From Aeropyrum pernix K1 (GTDB lineage: Archaea > Thermoproteota > Thermoprotei_A > Sulfolobales > Acidilobaceae), in the NCBI RefSeq assembly GCF_000011125.1, contig NC_000854.2:360001-392000 (forward strand): DNA of 32,000 nucleotides. Reading direction: 5' to 3'. Both the position numbers and the translations under genes were made by a program. Positions 8,703 through 14,632 of this stretch are shown piece by piece. The notes under the pieces were generated by a model that made no database searches, was not told the origin of the DNA, and worked only from the letters and a program-made list of their open reading frames with translations. Position 1 is the first letter of the stretch. Each line of letters starts with the position of its first letter.

Positions 8703-8726
8703 TTCAACTCTCCCAGCACTCAACTC

Positions 8727-8737
8727 AAAAATAAAAA
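8727..8737 (-). promoter_or_regulatory. TATA-like box (TTTTTATTTTT on the - strand) for the GH99-like gene
   Basis: The A/T run is centred about 26-30 nt upstream of the in-frame GTG at 8702, consistent with a leaderless or near-leaderless transcript. Confidence 0.4.
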
Positions 8738-9144
8738 CAGCCAACGTGGCTTAGTCCTCTGCAGCGGAGAGCTTACCACTCCGCCGACAGGACTAGCAGG
8801 TAAAGCAGCCTCCTTTTTGCAGTCATGTTAACACAAGCAACTACAAGATAGCCCCAGTCGCATTAGGTCGCAAAGGATAGACAGTATAACATATCTACGT
8901 TGAACCGCCAAACCACTTACCTCCAGGATCACAGGCATATCGAACTGCCAATAAGGGGAAGGAACCCCCACACCCATACTCCTTCACCTCATGCCAAACA
9001 CCCCTGACGACCGATTCAAAAACCACTTTCCTCTTTTACGGCGCCCTAGCGCTATGGCGGTGAAGACTGCTTGACATTAACATGCCTGTTGAGGCTAGAG
9101 AATCCATGCGAAGGCGGTTCGGAAACTGCTTCGAAGGCGTGGGG

Positions 9145-9232
9145 TGGTGCGGGGGGTGGGATTTGAACCCACGCAGGCCTACGCCATCGGGTCCTAAGCC
9201 CGACCCCTTTGGCCAGGCTCGGGCACCCCCGC
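9145..9232 (-). tRNA. tRNA-Leu (anticodon UAG), class II, genomically encoded CCA
   Basis: The reverse complement reads GCGGGGG-UG-CCCGAGCCUGGCCAAAGGGG-UCGGG-CU-UAG-GA-CCCGA-UGGCGUAGGCCUGC-GUGGG-UUCAAAU-CCCAC-CCCCCGC-A-CCA. It has a 7-bp acceptor stem, a 5-bp anticodon stem, a 7-nt loop, a long variable arm and the GTTCAAATC T-loop. Confidence 0.92.
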
Positions 9233-9260
9233 ACCGTGTAGTCTTTAGGTTTAGCTTTCA

Positions 9261-9280
9261 GGGTTAAAACGGTTTAACAC
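9261..9280. promoter_or_regulatory. Imperfect 20-bp palindrome GGGTTAAAACGGTTTAACAC; its - strand half (AAACCGTTTTAACCC) is the likely tRNA-Leu promoter
   Basis: 16 of 20 positions are self-complementary. On the - strand, TTTTAA (9264-9269) lies 32-37 nt upstream of the mature tRNA 5' end (9232). The + strand half presents GGTTTAAC (9271-9278). Confidence 0.45.
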
Positions 9281-9450
9281 TCATGAGTATCACTGGGCTG
9301 GCTGTGACTGGGCTCTGCATTCCCGAGGCCATGCTGCCCGTGAGGAATAACGGGTCTGAGGAGCCGTTGACAGGTTGCCATTTGGCCTTGCCCCCAAAAG
9401 TGATGCTGTGGATCACGACCTCCTCGGAGGAGGGGAGCCTCAGCATACAC

Positions 9451-9457
9451 TTTATAA
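9451..9457 (+). promoter_or_regulatory. TATA box TTTATAA, about 100 nt upstream of the tRNA thiolase gene
   Basis: It is a consensus-like archaeal TATA and would place a transcription start near 9480. That gives a leader of about 78 nt containing a hairpin at 9499-9517 (TGCAGC-GGCAAGT-GCTGCA). A GGTGAT Shine-Dalgarno-like box at 9547-9552 lies 5 nt before TTG 9558. Confidence 0.35.
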
Positions 9458-9557
9458 TGAAGGCTTTAAGGGTTTAGCCGGATAATGTTGTTGGGGCGTG
9501 CAGCGGCAAGTGCTGCAGCTCATGGGTATGGTATGCGGCTTTGCCTGGTGATGCGGT

Positions 9558-10574
9558 TTGGCCCCCGTTGTCTGCGACGTCTGCGGTGTTAGGAGGGCTG
9601 TGGTGCTGCAGCGCCACACGGGAAGGCGGCTCTGCAGGGAGTGCTTTAGGGAGGATATAGTGGGGAGGGTCAGGAGGGAGGTTGAGAGGTGGGGGATGAT
9701 AGGCCCTGGGGAGACGGTCCTCCTAGGCCTGAGCGGCGGTAAGGACAGCTATGTCCTGCTGGACGCCCTCTCCGAGATAGTCGGGCCCTCGAGGCTGGTG
9801 GCGGTGTCTATAGTGGAGGGCATACCGGGGTACAACAGGGAGGGAGATATCGAGAAGATCAGGAGGGTGGCCGCGGCTAGGGGCGTCGACGTGATAGTGA
9901 CGAGCATAAGGGAGTACGTGGGGGCCAGCCTCTATGAGATATACTCCAGGGCCCGAGGGAGGGGGGCGGGCCACGCCGCCTGCACCTACTGCGGCATAAG
10001 CAGGAGGAGGATACTTGCCCTCTACGCCCGCCTCTACGGCGCCCACAAGGTCGCTACGGCCCACAACCTCGACGACGAGGCGCAGACAGCTATAGTGAAC
10101 TTCCTCAGGGGGGACTGGGTTGGCATGCTGAAAACACACCCCCTCTACAGGAGCGGGGGCGAGGACCTGGTTCCAAGGATAAAGCCTCTTAGGAAAGTCT
10201 ACGAGTGGGAGACGGCCAGCTACGTGGTACTCCACCGCTACCCCATCCAGGAGGCTGAATGCCCCTTCATAAACATGAACCCAACCCTCAGGGCGAGGGT
10301 GAGGACGGCCCTGAGGGTGCTAGAGGAGAGGAGCCCGGGCACCCTGCTCAGGATGATGGAGAGGCTCGACGAGGAGCTGAGGCCGCTGGCCCAGGCCATG
10401 AAGCCCTCCTCCCTAGGCAGGTGCGAGAGATGCGGGGAGCCGACCAGCCCGAAGAGGAGGCTCTGCAAGCTCTGCGAGCTCCTGGAGGAGGCCGGGTTCC
10501 AGGAGCCCATCTACGCGATCGCAGGGAGAGGCAAGAGATTAAGGCTTCAGAGCCCCACCGCTAGCCCTGGGTGA
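9558..10574 (+). CDS. PP-loop tRNA 2-thiolation enzyme (TtuA / NcsA-Ncs6 family)
   Basis: N-terminal zinc finger CDVCG...CRECF and PP-loop LSGGKDS. Candidate Fe-S cysteines at CTYCG and ECPF. C-terminal zinc finger CERCGEP...CKLCE. Confidence 0.85.
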   Translation: MAPVVCDVCGVRRAVVLQRHTGRRLCRECFREDIVGRVRREVERWGMIGPGETVLLGLSGGKDSYVLLDALSEIVGPSRLVAVSIVEGIPGYNREGDIEKIRRVAAARGVDVIVTSIREYVGASLYEIYSRARGRGAGHAACTYCGISRRRILALYARLYGAHKVATAHNLDDEAQTAIVNFLRGDWVGMLKTHPLYRSGGEDLVPRIKPLRKVYEWETASYVVLHRYPIQEAECPFINMNPTLRARVRTALRVLEERSPGTLLRMMERLDEELRPLAQAMKPSSLGRCERCGEPTSPKRRLCKLCELLEEAGFQEPIYAIAGRGKRLRLQSPTASPG

Positions 10575-10581
10575 ACGCGCT

Positions 10582-10857
10582 ATGGCAAAGCCAAAGGTTA
10601 GCCTGCCGGAGGATGTGGAGCCCCCCAAGGCTATAGTCAAGAAGCCTAGGCTAGTGAAGCTAGGCCCCGTAGACCCGGGGGTCAGGAGGGGAAGGGGGTT
10701 CAGCCTAGGCGAGCTCGCGGAGGCTGGGCTAGACGCTAAAAAGGCGAGGAAGCTTGGCCTGCACGTGGACACGAGGAGGAGGACGGTCCACCCGTGGAAC
10801 GTGGAGGCCCTCAAGAAGTATATAGAGAGGCTTAGAGAGGCGGGCGTAGAGGTCTAG
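10582..10857 (+). CDS. rpl13e: 50S ribosomal protein L13e
   Basis: RRGRGFSLGELAEAGLDAKKARKLGLHVDTRRR...NVEALKKYIERL matches the eukaryotic/crenarchaeal L13e core (RAGRGFSL.EL..AGI....AR.IGI.VD.RRR). The gene lies 7 nt after the thiolase gene. Confidence 0.85.
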   Translation: MAKPKVSLPEDVEPPKAIVKKPRLVKLGPVDPGVRRGRGFSLGELAEAGLDAKKARKLGLHVDTRRRTVHPWNVEALKKYIERLREAGVEV

Positions 10858-10873
10858 ACCCCGGGGCTATATA

Positions 10874-12043
10874 CTACCACTTCGCCCTCCCCATTATACT
10901 ATCCACATCCACCCTGGCCCTCCCCACCTCCAGGACCTCAATATCCCCCTCAGCCCTGGTGTACACGCTCAAAGACGGCTCCCTGTAGGAGGCCCTGGTC
11001 ACCACCCCCACGTGAATCACCCCTCCCGCGTGTACGGCGGCTATAAGCCCCCTCTCCCAGCCCTCCCGGAGGACGCGGAGCCCGGAGCCTACTCCGACCC
11101 TACCGCCCCTCCTCGCCACAACCACTATGTCCCCGTCAACACTCTCACCATAGAGGGCGGCTGGGTGTAGGGCCTTGAGGGCCTCGTGGGCCAGAGGCTC
11201 CCCCCGGAATATCGGCGCGCCAACTATCTCGGCCTCGCCGGGCCTGACCCTCCTCTCCCTCCCTCCCGAGGTCCTAAGGGCTATCAGCCTCTCCCTATGA
11301 AGAGCCCTCTCCCCCCGGCTCTTGCCCGCCTCTCCAGCCAGCCTCTCCACAGACAGAGTGTCAAGCCCCCACACCCTCTCGAGCAGCCTGGCCCGTCGGC
11401 TGGCTATGCCCACCGCGACTACAAGCCTTGCTCTAGAGGCTATGGCGAGGGCTGCCTTAGACTCGAGCCCCTCCCACAGTGATATCCAGCCATCTGTATC
11501 CACTACCACCTGGCTGGCCAGTGAGGCCAATCTAGATGCGCAGGCGAGGTAGCGGGACTCCGACCCCCGGGGGGTGAAGCCGCCGACGAAACACGGCTCG
11601 ACACTCGAGAACGAGTCGTCTAGGCCCGGGACGGCCACGCCCTGTGGAGACGCCAGCGCCATAAACCCCGGGGCGAAGACCTCGTTCTGGCCTATATCCG
11701 CCGACAGCAGTCTATACCCACCACCGCCCCTGTTAACTATCCAAGCCGCTAGTGTGCTCTTACCGGAGTCGCTCGGCCCCACAATAGCCACCCTGCCCCG
11801 CTGAGAGGCCTCCCTGGCTATGGAGTCGAACCTGTTGTAAGCCTCCTCCACGCCCCCTGTGGAGACTACACCGGACACAATAGCCCTCCCCTCAACCCTG
11901 GCGAGCACCGACCTGCCTGCAGGGACCACTAGAGTAGAGCCCTCCCCCAGCCTTCCACCCAAAACCTCTGCAGCACCCTCTACAACCTCTATCCTCCCCG
12001 GGCCGCGGACTAGCGCCGAGCCCCATGCAATCTCCACAGGCAA
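10874..12043 (-). CDS. Clp1/Grc3/Nol9-family polynucleotide 5'-hydroxyl kinase
   Basis: P-loop IVGPSDSGKSTLAAWIVNR and the family-typical Walker B-like SADIGQNE (D.D.GQ). There is an N-terminal beta domain and the length is typical of archaeal Clp1. The start is TTG 12043 or GTG 12037. Confidence 0.8.
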   Translation of the reverse strand: MPVEIAWGSALVRGPGRIEVVEGAAEVLGGRLGEGSTLVVPAGRSVLARVEGRAIVSGVVSTGGVEEAYNRFDSIAREASQRGRVAIVGPSDSGKSTLAAWIVNRGGGGYRLLSADIGQNEVFAPGFMALASPQGVAVPGLDDSFSSVEPCFVGGFTPRGSESRYLACASRLASLASQVVVDTDGWISLWEGLESKAALAIASRARLVVAVGIASRRARLLERVWGLDTLSVERLAGEAGKSRGERALHRERLIALRTSGGRERRVRPGEAEIVGAPIFRGEPLAHEALKALHPAALYGESVDGDIVVVARRGGRVGVGSGLRVLREGWERGLIAAVHAGGVIHVGVVTRASYREPSLSVYTRAEGDIEVLEVGRARVDVDSIMGRAKW

Positions 12044-12046
12044 AGC

Positions 12047-12052
12047 TTTAAA
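12047..12052 (+). promoter_or_regulatory. TATA-like TTTAAA (context CAAAGCTTTAAACCCC), likely tRNA-Asp promoter
   Basis: It lies 28-33 nt upstream of the mature 5' end of tRNA-Asp (12080) and shares the AAA..TTT(T)AACCC pattern with the tRNA-Leu promoter candidate. Confidence 0.5.
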
Positions 12053-12079
12053 CCCCCAGTGGTAAGATATGTGAACCGG

Positions 12080-12278
12080 GCCGCGGTAGTATAGCCTGGA
12101 CTAGTATGCGGGCCTGTCAAGGGCCCCGCCTCCGCCCCACCCTCATTCTACTACACGCTTATCAGGATAAACAGCCGGGCAAACGTTTTTAACCCCGCCG
12201 AAATTCATACTCTTCCCGGGGCGGAGGCGGGCCTGCGGAGAGCCCGTGACCCGGGTTCAAATCCCGGCCGCGGCGCCA
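12080..12278 (+). tRNA. tRNA-Asp (anticodon GUC) with a 121-nt intron at 37/38; genomically encoded CCA
   Basis: Exon 1 (12080-12119) reads GCCGCGG-UA-GUAUAGCCUGGACUAGUAU-G-CGGGC-CUGUCA. Exon 2 (12241-12278) reads A-GCCCG-UGAC-CCGGG-UUCAAAU-CCCGG-CCGCGGC-G-CCA. The acceptor, anticodon and T stems are all fully paired, and the spliced length is 78 nt. Confidence 0.92.
12120..12240 (+). other. tRNA-Asp intron (canonical position 37/38, hBHBh' motif)
   Basis: The central 4-bp helix pairs C32-U33-G34-U35 (12114-12117) with G-C-G-G (12235-12238). The 3-nt bulges are C-A|A (12118-12120) and A-G|A (12239-12241). The outer helix pairs 12121-12138 with 12218-12234 (17 bp, with C12127 bulged) and closes a 79-nt A/T-richer loop. 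Confidence 0.85.
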
Positions 12279-12319
12279 ATAATCCTCGCGGCCCGCCTTC
12301 AAGACTCACTAAACCCCGG

Positions 12320-12760
12320 TTGAGCACCCGCAGCATCGATGCTAAGGCTCGAGCCATGCATAGTGCCCGCGGGGGGTGGGGGGATTTGGCGAGGCCTGTT
12401 GAGGCGGTAAAGAGGCTGCTGGAGAGGTGGCTGGAGGGTAGGAGGAGGGGTTATGTCCTTACGCTTGTAGCTCTTAGAAGGCTTGAGGAGAGGGGGGAGG
12501 AGGCTACTGTAGAGAGGGTTAGGGAGGAGGGCCTGAGGATTCTGGAGAGGACGGAGGGGAGGATAGACTGGGGTGTTACTAGGGATGAGTACACTGTCAA
12601 CATGGTCTCCAGCGTTCTTCGCGAGCTGGCCGAGAGCGGCCTTGTCGAGATGGTGGACGGCGGGAGGAGTATCGTCAGGTACAGGATAGCGAGGGATGCT
12701 GAGGAGGAGTTCCTCTCCAGCTTCGGCCACCTCCTGCAGCTTGTGAGGATGCCGAAGTAG
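12320..12760 (+). CDS. Hypothetical small protein, probable winged helix-turn-helix
   Basis: The ORF has ordinary amino acid composition. The segment NMVSSVLRELAESGLVEMVDGGRSIVRYRI looks like a recognition helix plus wing. Alternative ATG at 12356. No family was recognised. Confidence 0.5.
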   Translation: MSTRSIDAKARAMHSARGGWGDLARPVEAVKRLLERWLEGRRRGYVLTLVALRRLEERGEEATVERVREEGLRILERTEGRIDWGVTRDEYTVNMVSSVLRELAESGLVEMVDGGRSIVRYRIARDAEEEFLSSFGHLLQLVRMPK

Positions 12761-12805
12761 CGTTAAAGCCCTAGGTGCCAGAGGCCGCCGGAGGCTAAGA
12801 GGCCG

Positions 12806-13963
12806 ATGAAGGCCTTGAGAGGCTCTGCCGCCAAGCTATCCCTATCCCTGCTGCTCTTTTGGGCTAGCTACTCGATCTACTACACTATAACGAGGCGTGC
12901 TGTAGAGGAGGGCCTAGGAGAGGGATCCTACCTCCTGGGCGTCTTGATGTCGGGGGCTGAGGAGGCGCCGCTCGCGGCGTCAATAGTCCTTGGCTACCTG
13001 GCGGACAGGCTAGGCTACCGCTTACCCCTGGCCCTGGGCCTGTTTGAGGCTGGGCTGGTCGCTGCAATGGCCTTCACCCCCCTAGAGACCTACCCCATAC
13101 TGGCTGGGGCTGCGTCGCTAGTCTACGCCCTCTCATACTCCGCCCTAATGGGCCTCGTCCTGGGTGAGAGCGGGGGGAGCGGCTTCAGGTACAGTGTTAT
13201 AGCAGCCTTCGGCAGCCTTGGCTGGGCTCTCGGCGGGTTGGCGGGGGGAGCGGCTTACTCCCGCCTGGGGTCACTGGGGCTCCTAGTGGCCGCAGCCCTC
13301 ATGGCCGCCTCATACCTAGTCGCCCTCTCAGCCTCGCCCCCCCGCGGCGGCGCGGCGCCCAGTGTGGGGGAGACGATAACCGCTCTGAAGGGGGTTCTGC
13401 CCCTATTTGCAAGCCTCTCAACCAGCTGGGCGGCCTTGGGCTTCTTCTTCGGGGCTGCCAGCATAAGGCTTAGCGAGGCGCTCGAGAGCCCTATCGCCTA
13501 CGGGCTAGTGCTGACCACCGTCCCCGCACTCCTAGGCTTCCTGGCGAGGCCTGCGGCGGGCAGGCTGGTCGACAAGGCCGGGGCTGTGGCAGTGCTTGCG
13601 TTGTCCAACGCGGCATACTCCCTTCTCGCCCTAGTTTTCGGCCTGCCCACCAGTCCGGCCCTGCTGGCCCTTGCATGGAGCCTGCCCCTATACCCCTTTA
13701 GGGATGCCGCCGCGGCCATCGCAGTTAGCAGCAGGCTTGAGAGGAGGCTGCAGGCGACGGCCGCGGGGCTGCTCTCAGCGAGCGAGAGCGTCGGCGGCGC
13801 TGCAACCCTTGCCCTGGCACTGCTCCTGGATGGGGGGTTTAGGGAGATGATGACGGCTTCAATAGCCCTTATGCTCCTCTCCACCCTACTCCTGGCCGCA
13901 GACCACTCTACGGCTCCACGCCGAGAGCCCTGTCCCCGGCGTCGCCAAGGCCCGGCACTATGA
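12806..13963 (+). CDS. MFS-type transporter
   Basis: About 12 hydrophobic segments over 385 aa, with a loop motif GYLADRLGYR between TM2 and TM3 (MFS D-R-x-G-R-like). The 3' end overlaps the convergent upp gene by 56 nt. Confidence 0.78.
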   Translation: MKALRGSAAKLSLSLLLFWASYSIYYTITRRAVEEGLGEGSYLLGVLMSGAEEAPLAASIVLGYLADRLGYRLPLALGLFEAGLVAAMAFTPLETYPILAGAASLVYALSYSALMGLVLGESGGSGFRYSVIAAFGSLGWALGGLAGGAAYSRLGSLGLLVAAALMAASYLVALSASPPRGGAAPSVGETITALKGVLPLFASLSTSWAALGFFFGAASIRLSEALESPIAYGLVLTTVPALLGFLARPAAGRLVDKAGAVAVLALSNAAYSLLALVFGLPTSPALLALAWSLPLYPFRDAAAAIAVSSRLERRLQATAAGLLSASESVGGAATLALALLLDGGFREMMTASIALMLLSTLLLAADHSTAPRREPCPRRRQGPAL

Positions 13964-14552
13964 AGTAGTTCTCGTCCAGCTCGGGGTCTAGGGCTAGCGT
14001 GTATATGGGGGTGTCGCCGTAGAGGGATGATATGTACTCGACGCCCTGCCTGGACGCTATTATAGAGCCTATAACGACCTTGCTGGCCCCCCTGTCTCTG
14101 GCCAGCCTCACGGCCTCCGCCACAGTCTTGCCCGTGGCCAGCATCGGGTCTAGAACGACGGCGGGGCCGTCGAACATGCGGGGTAGCCTGGAGTAGTAGA
14201 CCTCTATCTTGAGCCTGCCCGGCTCCTCGACCCTCCTGGCTGCTACGAGGGCTATCCTCGCCTCCGGCATCATCGAGGCGAAACCCTCTACCATGGGGAG
14301 GCTAGCCCCGAGTATCCCTACGAGGTAGACGGGCCCCGCTGGCGCCAGCTCCTTGGCCTTAGCCCCCAGGGGGGTCTCCACCTCCTCCTCCACCCACCCG
14401 AGCTCGCCCGCAATGTACACCGCCAGTATGGAGCCCGCTATCCTGACGTACCTCCTAAACTCCGGGAACCCGGTTGTCCGGTCCCTGAGAACCTTGAGGA
14501 CGTAGCGCGCTAGGGGTGTTTCGCCCCCAATAACCCTAACTGCCGCCACCAT
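13908..14552 (-). CDS. upp: Uracil phosphoribosyltransferase
   Basis: PRPP loop VVLDPMLATGKTVAEA and uracil-binding end YFIVPGLGDAGDRALG. The maximal ORF reaches 14615, but the ATG at 14552 gives the usual length of about 214 aa and leaves room for promoters. Confidence 0.9.
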   Translation of the reverse strand: MVAAVRVIGGETPLARYVLKVLRDRTTGFPEFRRYVRIAGSILAVYIAGELGWVEEEVETPLGAKAKELAPAGPVYLVGILGASLPMVEGFASMMPEARIALVAARRVEEPGRLKIEVYYSRLPRMFDGPAVVLDPMLATGKTVAEAVRLARDRGASKVVIGSIIASRQGVEYISSLYGDTPIYTLALDPELDENYFIVPGLGDAGDRALGVEP

Positions 14553-14632
14553 GGGAACCTCTAGGTAGTGGTTGAGGCTCCGGAGCTTAAGAGGGTTAAA
14601 CTCCAGGATGGCCACCTGGGTGCCGCCGGGGA

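Noticed and set aside
9052-9267. ORFs 9052..9234 - and 9082..9267 +, which span the tRNA-Leu locus.
   Set aside because: Both run straight through a well-folded tRNA gene, and their translations are low-complexity. The tRNA explains the sequence.
9243-9478. The direct repeats CTTTAGGTTTAGC and CTTTAAGGGTTTAGC as att sites of an integrated element or as the target duplication of a MITE.
   Set aside because: The repeats do not overlap the tRNA body. The enclosed 208 bp has no terminal inverted repeats and no integrase or transposase. The repeat is kept only as a descriptive note in a finding.
8745-9557. Replication origin in the lower-G+C non-coding DNA around tRNA-Leu.
   Set aside because: I looked for ORB-like dyads (TCCA..GGAAAC followed by a G string) and for a clear A/T-rich unwinding element. 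I found only one weak TCCAGGA (about 8922-8928). There are no repeated ORBs and no orc1/cdc6 gene nearby.
12139-12217. Possible C/D box sRNA encoded in the tRNA-Asp intron (as in some archaeal tRNA-Trp introns), and similar sRNAs in the gaps at 8745-9144 and 9233-9557.
   Set aside because: No RUGAUGA box paired with a CUGA box at the required spacing was found on either strand. The only partial matches were GTGATCC, GTGATGC and GTGATAC.
12299-12730. 143-aa ORF on the - strand opposite the wHTH-like gene.
   Set aside because: It is proline-rich and low-complexity (PPPTLQPPLQQPL...), and it has no start context. The + strand ORF has normal composition.
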